From assembly GCA_964443965.1 (NCBI GenBank), contig CAYUFN010000003.1, positions 1 to 45,409 of the forward strand: DNA of 45,409 bases, read 5' to 3'. Positions 35,164 through 45,217 of this stretch are shown here, piece by piece. A program made the position numbers and the translations under genes. Numbering within the stretch: position 1 is the first letter of the stretch; every line of letters begins with the position of its first letter. The DNA is from an uncultured Hyphomonas sp. GTDB taxonomy: Bacteria > Pseudomonadota > Alphaproteobacteria > Caulobacterales > Hyphomonadaceae. The notes below the pieces were generated by a model. The model ran no database searches. It was not told the DNA's origin and saw nothing but the letters and a program-made list of their open reading frames with translations.

Positions 35164-38100
35164 TCAAACAGCTACACTGGAATGTGAGATTGCCTCTGCT
35201 AACAAGTCCGCTGGCAACTCCATCAGTTTTGGACCGTCTGTCCATGCGAGCGCGACGCGAATCTGGTGGCTTGGATAAGCTTCTGCCAAAACGGTCGCAT
35301 AAGCGCCCATTTGTGCTAGATATGCCCGTCCTACATCTTTGGCGCGCTTTGGTGGTGGTCTGTCTGTTTTGAAGTCGATTATAAACACCTCGTCCCTGGT
35401 CACGACCAATCTGTCGACACGGCCATTAATGATAATGTTTGCAGGTAAGCTTGGCGCAGTTCCAATAATAGGAGCCTCAGCGCGCCCACCTTCTGCAAAG
35501 ACTTCAGCAAAAGCAGGGTCGTTCAAGAGTCCCATCGCCGCGCTTAGCATCTCAGTGCGTGCGGCCTTGCTTAAGCTTGTATCCCGCGCCAGGAACGCTG
35601 CACCTTCAGCTGCCCGTTGTGGAGCAGGTAAGGCTGGTAATCGCTCTAACAGAGCATGAATCAACCGCCCACGCTTTAATCGATCCATACGATCAGCGCT
35701 CAAAGGTGGCATAATTGGTGTTTCGCCAGGGATAAGCGCGCTTGGCGCGGTGACTTTTATGCCCGTGTGCGCAGTAGGCGCACGCATGGTCAGCCATTTG
35801 GGGAGTTCTTCTTCTGCTTCTATTGTGTCGCGTGTAGATGAAGATGTTTGTGGCTGCATACCAAATCTGCAGAAAACGGGGCGCTCATCATCTCCTAAAG
35901 GCAGCTCTCCAAGTATACCGGCCATGGCTTCAGCGCAGAGCGCATACCAGGAGCCTTTTCTAAAACCGTCGCCTGCTGGTTTGTCATTGTTAGGTTTTGG
36001 TTTGGTTCCTGCCCAAGCGCCGAACACCATTAGTCTATCTTGTGCCCGTGTCAGGGCAACGTATAGCAAACGACGATGCTCAAGCAGGGTGCGTTTAGTC
36101 AAATCTTCGCGGGCAAGTACGCTTTGGTCTGTGTCGGTATCTTTTGCGCCAATCCATGCCGGTGCACCCATGATGCTGACCAGAGATGGCTTGATTGGTT
36201 TGGGTGCACTTGTTGTGTCGGGCAAAATAACGATAGGGGCCTGCAGGCCTTTTGCGCCGTGCACAGTCATGACCCTGACTTCGCCGTCAGCGGCTGCAAG
36301 GTCACGCTTGATCTTTGTGCGATCAAGGGTCATTTGTGCAACGAAATCTTGCAAGCTAGCGGCGCTTTTCGCGTCATGTGCCATCGCCCGACTGAGCAGG
36401 GCCTGGACCGGATCGCGCATGGGAGACCCAAGCCGCGCAGCAAGGCGCTCCCAGCCTGAGATGCCCTGAGCATCTGGCACAGTCAGAACAAAGGAGAGGA
36501 ATTCGTAAGCGGGCAGATGCGCGCGTGCGATCAGGCTTTCCAGAAAGGCTTTAACTGGCAGATGCGCAGCGTTTGATGAATTTTGAAGCCGGGCCCAAAG
36601 ACTTCTTTGACCGCGCTGATAGGCGAGTGGAAAGAGGTGCACATCATCGTCTACAAGGTTACCGAATGGGCCACGCAGGATTTCTGCCAGCGTTAGGTCA
36701 TCGGTCGGTAACAACACAAAACGGATGAGATTGAGGCAATCCTGCACGCCAATATGATCAGCAAGGACAAGCCTGTCTGCGCCCGCTACAGGAATCGACT
36801 TAGCCTTCAGTGCATCTATGAGGGCATCAAATAAACCGCCTGTACGCGTGTTTACGAGTATTAAAATATCGCCCGCATTTGCAGGTCGTAAATACCATTT
36901 ACGATCATCTGTTTCTGTCCAGACCATATCACCACGTTTCAAAAGTGCATCAATCTCAGCGGCGACTTGTTTGGCAAGCTGGTTCTTGGGGCTTGTTGCG
37001 CTTTGGGTGTCTTTTGGTGCTTCCCATGGCACTGGCTCTGCATCAGGTGTTGGCACGTCAATTGGCCAAAGCTCGACGCTACCAGGCTGATTGGCGCGGC
37101 GCGCCGTGTGACGGGTGAGATTAGCTTCTGCTACCGGGCCAGAAATATAGGGGTGCCCATCAACATCGCCGCACTCAGATATTTTATCCACAAAGCTGAG
37201 AATCTCTGGAGATGATCTAAACGACATCGCCATTTCCGGCAGTTCGGCTTTGCCGAATGCATCGCGTGCCTTGGCTTCAAACACTTGCCGTTCACTGAGG
37301 AATTTCTGCGGATCGGCTCCTTGAAACGAATAGATTGATTGTTTTTCATCCCCAACGACAAAAAGTGTTCGTGGGTCTTGCGGTTTATCTGCACCTTGGC
37401 CAGCGAAAAACTCGGTTGTCAGGGCGTTTAGCAAGCCCCATTGTTCAGGGCTTGTATCTTGCGCCTCATCAAGTAGGACATGTGTCAGTCCGCCATCAAG
37501 TTTGTAGAGCACCCAGTCTGCGGCTGCTTTGCGGGTCAGCAAGGCATATGTCATCGCGATCAGATCGTCGAAATCGATGGCTGCCCGCTCGCGTTTCAAA
37601 GCTCTGTAATGGCTTAAAATGGGAGCGCTCAAGATCAGTAGAGCGCGTGTGCGAGCGAACAGCTTTGCGGCCTTCAAATCTGCATCAAGCTGTTTAACAC
37701 GCAAGACTTCGGAGCCTTCAGGAAGTTCCTTCGTTTGGAAGAGTGAAGCGATGCCCGCATTTGCAAGTGGGCCTTTGGTGGCTATGGATGCACGAAATGT
37801 TCCGGCTCCAGTAAAGAACATCGAGCGATAAATGGTCCATTTCTCTTCAGGTGTTTTGGCCGCTAAGACGGCACGTAAGAGTTTTGCATTCGTCTTCGAC
37901 CCTTTCGCGCTATCAGCCTCAAAAACAGCCACCGCATCAACAAGCGCCTGTACGGGCAAGTGTGCCATTGCGTGATTGATCAATTCGGTTTCATCCATAT
38001 CAGGAGGACTTAGTGCTGTTCGCAAAGCCGCATCCATTTGTGCCGGGTCATTGTTATGCTTATCGGCAAAAGCGAGAATGTGTGCGGCGTTGGCCTTTGC

Positions 38101-38730
38101 GATGTCAAGCCCGGCCATCGCGCCCAGCCCGCCGCCAGCAAATGAAACATAGTCAAGCGCGTCGGGGGCTTCTTTGTCAGCAGCTTCCAATCCAAATGCT
38201 AGCGCGTTCTGCCAAAGGGCCCCGGCCTCAACCTCATCTATTTCCGTAAACCCTGGCGCAATTTCAGCCTCCAGGGGGAAGCGACGTAAAACGCGTGCGC
38301 AGAAAGCATGAATTGTTTCGATGCGTAGCCCGCCGGGTGTTTCCAGCGCACGGGCAAATAAAGCGCGCGCATTACGAATTTCATCATTGCTATAGGGTGT
38401 ACCTGCCCGACCTTCCAGTTCGGTCAGTTCTTTGCGTAAGTCTGCTTCTGCCATAACGGACCAACCGCCTAGCCGACTAAACAGGCGTTGCAACATCTCA
38501 TTGGCGGCAGCCTTTGTGTAGGTGACACAGAGAATAGAATCAGGCGCTGCGCCTTTTAAGAGAAGCCGTGCAACGCGGTCGATTAAGACTTTGGTTTTAC
38601 CCGATCCGGCATTGGCCGAAACCCAAACGGGGTGGGCAGGGTTTGCGGCAATTGCCTGTGCTCGGCTGGCGGCTTCATAATCCGTGCTGGGCGGACACGC
38701 GATTGGGGGTATCTCTGCTTTCTGTGTCAT
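35164..38730 (-). CDS. addA: double-strand break repair helicase-nuclease AddA (alphaproteobacterial type)
   Basis: UvrD-like Walker A ANAGSGKTKVL, DEAQDTSP, VGDEKQSIYSFQGA, VMTVHGAKGLQAP and a C-terminal PD-(D/E)xK nuclease (IIDFKTDR). Confidence 0.93.
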   Translation of the reverse strand: MTQKAEIPPIACPPSTDYEAASRAQAIAANPAHPVWVSANAGSGKTKVLIDRVARLLLKGAAPDSILCVTYTKAAANEMLQRLFSRLGGWSVMAEADLRKELTELEGRAGTPYSNDEIRNARALFARALETPGGLRIETIHAFCARVLRRFPLEAEIAPGFTEIDEVEAGALWQNALAFGLEAADKEAPDALDYVSFAGGGLGAMAGLDIAKANAAHILAFADKHNNDPAQMDAALRTALSPPDMDETELINHAMAHLPVQALVDAVAVFEADSAKGSKTNAKLLRAVLAAKTPEEKWTIYRSMFFTGAGTFRASIATKGPLANAGIASLFQTKELPEGSEVLRVKQLDADLKAAKLFARTRALLILSAPILSHYRALKRERAAIDFDDLIAMTYALLTRKAAADWVLYKLDGGLTHVLLDEAQDTSPEQWGLLNALTTEFFAGQGADKPQDPRTLFVVGDEKQSIYSFQGADPQKFLSERQVFEAKARDAFGKAELPEMAMSFRSSPEILSFVDKISECGDVDGHPYISGPVAEANLTRHTARRANQPGSVELWPIDVPTPDAEPVPWEAPKDTQSATSPKNQLAKQVAAEIDALLKRGDMVWTETDDRKWYLRPANAGDILILVNTRTGGLFDALIDALKAKSIPVAGADRLVLADHIGVQDCLNLIRFVLLPTDDLTLAEILRGPFGNLVDDDVHLFPLAYQRGQRSLWARLQNSSNAAHLPVKAFLESLIARAHLPAYEFLSFVLTVPDAQGISGWERLAARLGSPMRDPVQALLSRAMAHDAKSAASLQDFVAQMTLDRTKIKRDLAAADGEVRVMTVHGAKGLQAPIVILPDTTSAPKPIKPSLVSIMGAPAWIGAKDTDTDQSVLAREDLTKRTLLEHRRLLYVALTRAQDRLMVFGAWAGTKPKPNNDKPAGDGFRKGSWYALCAEAMAGILGELPLGDDERPVFCRFGMQPQTSSSTRDTIEAEEELPKWLTMRAPTAHTGIKVTAPSALIPGETPIMPPLSADRMDRLKRGRLIHALLERLPALPAPQRAAEGAAFLARDTSLSKAARTEMLSAAMGLLNDPAFAEVFAEGGRAEAPIIGTAPSLPANIIINGRVDRLVVTRDEVFIIDFKTDRPPPKRAKDVGRAYLAQMGAYATVLAEAYPSHQIRVALAWTDGPKLMELPADLLAEAISHSSVAV

Positions 38731-41700
38731 CTAATCGTCCCCATCACTCGCTTCACCCGCCCATTCCAGTCGCCTTGCGAGGTGGTCATAGTCACCTGCA
38801 TATTGGGACTTTAGCTTTATGCGCGGAACAGATCGGTAGATCACGTCCGGTGCGCGGTACTCCGTGATCAGTTTGATCAGCATCTCCTTGGCGTTATCAG
38901 TCAAATCGTCCGCGTCTTCGGCGCTCTTTGTGATCGGACTTGCTTCAAACCTGAACCGCACAGATACATAGCCAAAAGCGCGGCTGGGTGCTTGTGGAAT
39001 GATTGTTCCATTTGCATCTTGCATTTCGCCATCGCGCGCGATCAGCGACAGGAAAGGGAGCTGTTGTTCGAAACCTGCCTCGATTTGCTTGCGCGTTTTG
39101 CCTTTGCCCGTTTTAAAATCGATAATCGAGTATGTCCCATCACCGTGCTGCTCGATGCGGTCAGCTGTGCCACTGAGTTTGAAAGGTTCACCTTCTACTG
39201 TGAAAGTTATTGCGCCGCGAATTTCAGGCCAGGCGTTTTTCAAATCCTGTTGCCGCTCTGTCCACCAGGCGAAATACTCTTGTGCTGTCTTTGCGTAGGC
39301 GGCACGATTGGCAAGGATCAAATGTTCTGGCTCGCCTGCCGCGCGTAATTCATGCAAGATGCGTGCATGTAGCGCGTGTGCTGTTTGTTCGCTTGTGGGC
39401 GCAGTATCAAAATCTTCCAGCGCTTTGTGGATTGCTGTGCCGCGAGGGCGTGCGTCCAGCTCGGCATTAAGGGCGTCAAGTTTCTTGAGTTTTAAAATAT
39501 TGCCTGCATAGATTGCATAAGGATCACGCTGTAGCGTATCGATCCGGGTGACCGAAAGCTGCTTGGGGCGTGCGCTGAGGGGCGGGGTTGGCTTTGGTTC
39601 GCTCTTTCCTGCATCAATTGTTTGCCTATCGCGTGTCAGTGCTTTGGCCCAAAGTTTCAGATCTCGCGCAGGCTGCGGGGCCAGTGCCTCAACCGCTTCT
39701 TGTTGGCCAAGTGCGCCTTCACTCAGTGTTTTCAACCGGAGGATCCACCGTGAGGCAACGGCAGGTGCGTCGTCGCGGCGGCCGGAATATAACATCGTTA
39801 CATTGGGCGCGCAGGCCAGCTGGGCAAAGTCGTGTGCTGCCAAGCCCAATCTGGCTTCCGGAGCGGGAAGGCCCAATTCTTTTCGAAAGCGGCGCGGCAG
39901 AAAAGCATCGGCTTGGGGATAGTTTGGCCAAACTGTTTCATTGAGACCAGCAAGGATGATCCTGTCAGCAGTTTGCAGGCGCGCTTCCAGAGGGCCCCAA
40001 ATACTCAGCTGTGGATGTGGGATAATATCTTCACTTATCGTTACGCCAGCCGTTAGCGCTTCAAAGATCTCTGTAAAGTGTCGTACATTTAAATGCGCCA
40101 AATGCTCGGTTACGGCGATCGCCGATTCTAATGTTTGTGACACTGCTTCGCCATCTCGCCCGGCCCAAGGGTGCTGCGTCCCACGGCTCAATCCATTGAT
40201 CAAAGCGACAAGATACTCCGTGGCTTTAGTGCCTGTGATGGCGTGATCAGGATCAGACAGGGGAAGGGCTTTATCTGCGAGTTTTTGTAAAGGGATTAGC
40301 AGTGCGCGAGCGCTTTCTTCAGCGCCAGCCGATAAGCGTGTATGCTGGCTTGCATTCATCTCTTGCGTGTGGTGAGAGAGCGAGGCCAGCAAGTCGGAAA
40401 GATCCTGCCAGCGGCGTGGGCCGCGCAGATAGTTAATTTCTAACGCCTCAACAGCATTAGCATCTACATCCACATAGCTGTGCTTTAAGAGGGCTGTAAG
40501 CGCGACCGGGTTCCCCGTATCTATCGCCCAGTTGAGCGCCAGCAGAGCCAGCGACCCGGCGGGTGTACGGCCTAATGGTATCCCGCTTGAGGGTGGAACA
40601 TCCAAGTCCCATCGCTTGAGGAGGGCACTCACCTGTCTGGCAAGCCCGGCATCAGGCGTAATCAGGGCGGCGGTCGTACTAGGTGTCTCCAGCGCTTCAC
40701 GTAGCGCGAGTGCCGCGAACAAGGCCTCTTCAGCTTCATCTTCTGCTTCTAGAATGGTGAGTCCAGACAGGGCCTGTGTTGCAAAAGCATGTGGAATATT
40801 TGGCGCTGCCATCTCGTTAAGCCGTGCAAGCCAGTCGGCCGTTTGGCTGGCGGGTGCAAGGCTTTCATGCAGAAGACGTCGACGCGCATGCGCGGGTGCT
40901 TCCAGAGTGATATGCGGCCAGATCGGAACTTCTTGTGCTGTTAATTCTAGCGTTTTTAAGGTCCCGGCCAGTGAGAATTGTGGGTGGTCGGGCGCACCTG
41001 CAAATTTATCAGCGCGCCGCTCGGTAATCTCCGTCCACATGCTGGCTGGGGCATCCAGGTCAAGCCCAGGCAAGATGACCAGTCCTTGCGGCATGGCCTG
41101 TGCCGCTAGCATTAATTGCTGTGTCGCGGGTGTTGCCCCGGTTGAGCCAGCCACAATAAAGGGCCCTTTTGGCGGACGCGTGCGCAGCCTGTTCGCCACG
41201 GCATGTGCGACTTGCAGGCGACGATCAAAAGGGTCGCTTGCGCCATTCTTAGCTAACCACTTTGGCCAGTCCTCGGTCACGATTTTCAAGAATGTGACGG
41301 AGTCTGCCCAATGCTCTGCAAGGTCCGTTTCCTGAACAAGGTCTGGCAATCGTCCCCAATCGACACTACCAGCAAGGCTTGCAGAGTCCAGGAGACGACC
41401 AAGTTCGCGTGCGGCTGCTAATATAGAGGTGGGTGGAATAGAGAGACCACGCGCCTGATAAAATTTTTGCACAAGCGAGGCGAGTGTACCCAGCCGTCTT
41501 GCCGGAGAAAGCGCAGGCCCCAAATGGGTTAAAGCTTCTTCTGCGCCACTTGGTGGTTCCTGTGTTTCAAGATCACCTAGCGCACGAATATCCGGGGGCA
41601 GAATCGTATTCCCACCAGCTTGTTTGTGCAGCGCCAAGGCGAGGGCACGCGCTGAGCGGCGGTTGGGCACATAGATCAGCGCATCAGCAAGAGCGGCCGG

Positions 41701-41820
41701 GTGATTATTCAGGTTAAACTCTTCGGCTAAAGTTGCGCTAAGGGCGCCAAGAAAATCAGTGCCAGGCGGTATCGTCCATACGCTAGGTGCCCCTGGTGCA
41801 AAAATCCCTGTCTTGCTCAC
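38731..41820 (-). CDS. addB: double-strand break repair protein AddB (alphaproteobacterial type)
   Basis: 1029-aa ORF immediately upstream of addA (TAG then ATG with no gap). C-terminal RecB-like nuclease motif SIIDFKTGK and a degenerate N-terminal P-loop AGSTGATPAT. Confidence 0.88.
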   Translation of the reverse strand: MSKTGIFAPGAPSVWTIPPGTDFLGALSATLAEEFNLNNHPAALADALIYVPNRRSARALALALHKQAGGNTILPPDIRALGDLETQEPPSGAEEALTHLGPALSPARRLGTLASLVQKFYQARGLSIPPTSILAAARELGRLLDSASLAGSVDWGRLPDLVQETDLAEHWADSVTFLKIVTEDWPKWLAKNGASDPFDRRLQVAHAVANRLRTRPPKGPFIVAGSTGATPATQQLMLAAQAMPQGLVILPGLDLDAPASMWTEITERRADKFAGAPDHPQFSLAGTLKTLELTAQEVPIWPHITLEAPAHARRRLLHESLAPASQTADWLARLNEMAAPNIPHAFATQALSGLTILEAEDEAEEALFAALALREALETPSTTAALITPDAGLARQVSALLKRWDLDVPPSSGIPLGRTPAGSLALLALNWAIDTGNPVALTALLKHSYVDVDANAVEALEINYLRGPRRWQDLSDLLASLSHHTQEMNASQHTRLSAGAEESARALLIPLQKLADKALPLSDPDHAITGTKATEYLVALINGLSRGTQHPWAGRDGEAVSQTLESAIAVTEHLAHLNVRHFTEIFEALTAGVTISEDIIPHPQLSIWGPLEARLQTADRIILAGLNETVWPNYPQADAFLPRRFRKELGLPAPEARLGLAAHDFAQLACAPNVTMLYSGRRDDAPAVASRWILRLKTLSEGALGQQEAVEALAPQPARDLKLWAKALTRDRQTIDAGKSEPKPTPPLSARPKQLSVTRIDTLQRDPYAIYAGNILKLKKLDALNAELDARPRGTAIHKALEDFDTAPTSEQTAHALHARILHELRAAGEPEHLILANRAAYAKTAQEYFAWWTERQQDLKNAWPEIRGAITFTVEGEPFKLSGTADRIEQHGDGTYSIIDFKTGKGKTRKQIEAGFEQQLPFLSLIARDGEMQDANGTIIPQAPSRAFGYVSVRFRFEASPITKSAEDADDLTDNAKEMLIKLITEYRAPDVIYRSVPRIKLKSQYAGDYDHLARRLEWAGEASDGDD

Positions 41821-41823
41821 CGA

Positions 41824-42549
41824 CTATGTCTCCCCATGGCACTTTAGCCACATCTCGGCATCCTTTACCGCATCCGGTGTGCCGACATGTAGCCAGAAGC
41901 GCTCCATGACGTAGCCTCGTATGCGGGCCTCCTGGTATAGCGGGGCCCAGATTTTTTTGGCTGAAAAAGGTTTTATGGGCGTGTGATCGTAAAGCTGAGG
42001 CTTGATAAGTCGTACACCGGCATAGGCCCAGGGCGCCTCTAATGCGTTGCCACGCGGGGTTAGCTTACCATCCGCATCGCTCGAAAAGTCGCCCGGGCCC
42101 GGGAACCCGAGGGCTTGCCCCTTATCGGCTAGCAATAGCAAGATATCCATCTTATCGGTATCGTAGATAGCGACCATCTCTTGTAATGGCGCGGGTGAGG
42201 CGGGTGCCCAGAACGCATCCGTGTTGACCACAAAAATTGGGTCATCTCCCAGAAAGGGCCGCGCCTTGGCAAGGCCACCACCGGTTTCAAGCACCTCTTC
42301 ACGTTCGTCTGATAGGGTAATCTCTATATCGGTACGTGTCTTGAGGTGGGCCTCGACCAGATCAGCACACCAGTGAACATTTACGACAGCACGTTGCACG
42401 CCTGCAGCGACCAACTCATCAAGGGCGCGGTCTATGAGTGATTTGCCATTGATCGAAATAAGAGGCTTTGCCGTTTTATCTGTTAACGGACGCATGCGTG
42501 TGCCCAGGCCGGCAGCCAGCACCATGGCGGTATGTGGCATCTGCTTCAT
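41824..42549 (-). CDS. nucleotidyltransferase, MurU-like (N-acetylmuramate-1-phosphate uridylyltransferase family)
   Basis: MVLAAGLGTRMRPLTDKTAKPL sugar-nucleotidyltransferase motif, with a 4-nt overlap with the upstream kinase-like gene. Assignment rests on family and synteny. Confidence 0.75.
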   Translation of the reverse strand: MKQMPHTAMVLAAGLGTRMRPLTDKTAKPLISINGKSLIDRALDELVAAGVQRAVVNVHWCADLVEAHLKTRTDIEITLSDEREEVLETGGGLAKARPFLGDDPIFVVNTDAFWAPASPAPLQEMVAIYDTDKMDILLLLADKGQALGFPGPGDFSSDADGKLTPRGNALEAPWAYAGVRLIKPQLYDHTPIKPFSAKKIWAPLYQEARIRGYVMERFWLHVGTPDAVKDAEMWLKCHGET

Positions 42550-43640
42550 TGGTCTGTCTCAAAGATAAAGGGGGCTGTTTCTCGCACAAAATCAGCCATG
42601 CCTGCGCAGGCTGGATGGGCAAGATTCTGGGCGAGGTGATATTTCTGGCGCGGCATAAAATCGAGATAGCGGGTTTTCTTATCTCTTACAGCAAGGCGGG
42701 CAAACAGGCCGGTAATACGTAGCGCGTTGAGCGCTCCAAGGACAGCCAGCCGGGTATCGAACGCTGCGCGTGTTTTACCTGTGCCATCCAGATAGGTATG
42801 AATGGCCGCCTCGCTCGCCTCATAGCTAACGGTGCGGCGCGCGTCCTGGACAAGCATTGCCATTTCCCAGCCATCCCAGCCGTTCACGGCATCCTGAAAG
42901 TCAAGCAGACCCACGCGAGCACGGCCTTCGCGATCCGGCAACCAGAGCAGGTTCTCAGCATGATAATCGCGCAAACTGAAATCGCGTGGGAAGCTCAAAG
43001 CTTGTGCGACAAGGGCTTCACGTTCGGTTTCCCAACGAGCAAGCTGAGCATCGCTTAGTGTCATGCTGGATTCAAGGTGTGGCAGCCATTCGGGGAAAAT
43101 ATCTGCGTTTACGCGCAGGGCCAGCCCATCATAATCAAGGATTGGCCAGTCAGTCAGCTTTGCCGGAGCTGGTTCTGCATGGAGAGCGGCCATCACACTG
43201 GCAGCGGCGGTATAAAGTACGATTTCGCCTTGATCGCCCCGCTCAATCAAACGGGCAAATTCGCGGCCTTCGCCAAAGTCTTCAATCAAGGCAAATCCAG
43301 CCTTAGCATCCTCAAACAGTACGCTTGGAGCTGAAAACCCTCGGTTTCGCAAATATTTGGCGATCGCTGTGAATGCATCCACCCGTGATGCGGCCAGGCG
43401 TGAGGTGGCGTTCCAGCCCATTTGAAGCCGGGTAGCCTCATCTGCCTCTGGTGGGCAGGGGGCAGCCTCTATGCGCGGCGCGTCCATTAAAAGGGTACTG
43501 CTGCCATCAGCCCGTTTCAAGCGGAAATAGCGCCGGGTAGAGGCGTCTTGCCCAAGTTGCGTGCGCTGGGCCTCCTCCCAGCCTGTACCGGAAAGGAAGC
43601 TGGCTATCTCTAATGCGCGCGAATCAGAAGGTGAAGTCAT
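42546..43640 (-). CDS. aminoglycoside-phosphotransferase-fold kinase, AmgK-like (anomeric MurNAc/GlcNAc kinase family)
   Basis: APH-fold catalytic loop LRDYHAENLLWL and LLDFQDA, paired with the MurU-like gene. Confidence 0.72.
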   Translation of the reverse strand: MTSPSDSRALEIASFLSGTGWEEAQRTQLGQDASTRRYFRLKRADGSSTLLMDAPRIEAAPCPPEADEATRLQMGWNATSRLAASRVDAFTAIAKYLRNRGFSAPSVLFEDAKAGFALIEDFGEGREFARLIERGDQGEIVLYTAAASVMAALHAEPAPAKLTDWPILDYDGLALRVNADIFPEWLPHLESSMTLSDAQLARWETEREALVAQALSFPRDFSLRDYHAENLLWLPDREGRARVGLLDFQDAVNGWDGWEMAMLVQDARRTVSYEASEAAIHTYLDGTGKTRAAFDTRLAVLGALNALRITGLFARLAVRDKKTRYLDFMPRQKYHLAQNLAHPACAGMADFVRETAPFIFETDQ

Positions 43641-44082
43641 AAATGCGAGTTTGCCAGTCTTCGCCGTGAGCTTCCAGCCTTAGTTTGCGACCACCCTCAT
43701 ATGCGGTTAAATGCACATCCAGTCGCCACGCGGGAAGCTGGTCGCCTGCTTGCTCTGGCCACTCAACCAGAGCAAGCCCGTCTTGTGTTTCATCCCAGCC
43801 AAGTTCTGTCAGCTCATTGGCACTTTTGAGGCGATAAAGATCATAATGGAAGATTTGAAAGGTCGGTCCGTCATAAATTTGTACCAGCGTATAGGTGGGG
43901 CTGGGTACCTCTGTTTCTTCTCCCATCAGTGTCGAGATCAGTCCGCGCGATAGCGTGGTTTTGCCTGCACCTAATCCGCCATAAAGAGCCACAATGTCGC
44001 CCGCACGCAAAAGTGCAGCGAGTTTTGCTCCGGCTTGTCGCGTTGCAACGTCATCTGAAAGAAAGGTCTCAATCTGGCTCAT
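43624..44082 (-). CDS. tsaE: tRNA threonylcarbamoyladenosine (t6A) biosynthesis protein TsaE
   Basis: 152 aa with GGLGAGKTTLSRG Walker A, PSPTYTLVQIY, HYDLYRL and LVEWPE motifs. Confidence 0.92.
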   Translation of the reverse strand: MSQIETFLSDDVATRQAGAKLAALLRAGDIVALYGGLGAGKTTLSRGLISTLMGEETEVPSPTYTLVQIYDGPTFQIFHYDLYRLKSANELTELGWDETQDGLALVEWPEQAGDQLPAWRLDVHLTAYEGGRKLRLEAHGEDWQTRIYDFTF

Positions 44083-44120
44083 AGCAGCGCGTTTAGCGGC
44101 TTTCAGGCAGGGCTGACAAG

Positions 44121-45023
44121 CTATCCGCGCGGATGGGCTGCTGCATGAATCTTTTTCAGGCGGGTTCCATCGACACCAGTATAGACCTGCGTTGTGGAAA
44201 GTGAGGCATGACCAAGCAGAGTTTGAATCGCACGCAGGTCTGCACCATTGGCCAACAAGTGCGTGGCAAATGCGTGACGCAGGGCATGCGGTGTTGCCGT
44301 TGCAGGCAGGCCAAGCTGACCGCGGAGGTTTTGCACCAATCCCTGGATGATGCGCGGGTTTAAGCCTTTGCCTCGGACGCCGCGAAATAGCGGCTCTGAG
44401 CGCTTTAAGTCATAAGGGCAAAGCGAGACATATTCGGCCACTGTATCGCGCACAATCGGAATCGTTGGCAAGATGCGAATTTTGCCGCCTTTACCTTTTA
44501 TGCGCAGGCGCTCAGGCAAGGGTGTATCTGCCCCGGTCAAGCTTAGCGCCTCGGAAATCCGCAACCCGACGCCATATAGCAAGGAGAGTACGGCGGCATC
44601 CCGCGCGCCCACCCATGGCGCTTTGTCCGGGTCGTCATCGGCTAGCGCAATCATATCCTTGGCGACATCGACAGAGACCGGGCGTGGCAGGCGCGCTTTG
44701 CGCTTGGGCCCCTGTAGATAATGAATTTCAGCGTTTGGCAGGCCATGTGCGCGATCTAGCCAGCGATAAAGTGCCTTAATCGAGCTTAAGAGCCGTGCAA
44801 TTGAGGTGTCTGAGACACCCTCTCGGCGGCGATGGGCAATAAAGGCGCGAATATCTTGCGCACGCAGTTTTGAGAGCGATTTCAGCGTTACGGCGCGCTC
44901 TGTATAAGCTGCAATAAAGCCCAAGAACCCGGCTAGATCGGAGGTGTAAGCCTCCACCGTATGTGCAGCCATACGGCGCTCATCGCGGATATAAGACACA
45001 AAAATGGGGAGGACATCGTTCAT
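44121..45023 (-). CDS. xerC: tyrosine site-specific recombinase XerC
   Basis: 300 aa; RISEALSL, HALRHAFATHLL (HxxR) and LGHASLSTTQVYT (catalytic Tyr). Calling it XerC rather than XerD rests on the C-terminal pattern only. Confidence 0.85.
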   Translation of the reverse strand: MNDVLPIFVSYIRDERRMAAHTVEAYTSDLAGFLGFIAAYTERAVTLKSLSKLRAQDIRAFIAHRRREGVSDTSIARLLSSIKALYRWLDRAHGLPNAEIHYLQGPKRKARLPRPVSVDVAKDMIALADDDPDKAPWVGARDAAVLSLLYGVGLRISEALSLTGADTPLPERLRIKGKGGKIRILPTIPIVRDTVAEYVSLCPYDLKRSEPLFRGVRGKGLNPRIIQGLVQNLRGQLGLPATATPHALRHAFATHLLANGADLRAIQTLLGHASLSTTQVYTGVDGTRLKKIHAAAHPRG

Positions 45024-45115
45024 ACAGGTACTATGTACGAGGCGGGTTAAGAGGAAGTAAGAATGATGGCTGCCTGGCTTGATAAACCTCCTTTTTTTCT
45101 CTCCCTCTCAATTGC

Positions 45116-45217
45116 CATCCCGGGCAGCGCGACGTGCGGACCCGGACCCCAGCCTGCATATTCGGTCTTTCCGGCGCTGGGTCTTGGATGTTTTGCTTCA
45201 CGCGACATTCCGGGATG
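45116..45217. repeat. ~102-bp imperfect palindromic element
   Basis: CATCCCGG (45116..45123) is the reverse complement of CCGGGATG (45210..45217). The inner arms GACCCCAGC and GCTGGGTC also pair, giving a long imperfect hairpin upstream of xerC. Confidence 0.45.

Noticed and set aside
35750-36469. 239-aa plus-strand ORF inside addA, and 267-aa ORF 40532..41335 inside addB
   Set aside because: They are antisense to conserved helicase/nuclease frames. The Ala/Ser/Arg-rich composition is an artefact of the GC-rich third position on the opposite strand.
44121-45023. Tyrosine recombinase as a mobile-element or phage integrase
   Set aside because: Its 300-aa size, XerC/D-type motifs and housekeeping neighbours (tsaE, addAB) point to the chromosomal dimer-resolution recombinase. 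No att-like repeats or phage genes are present.
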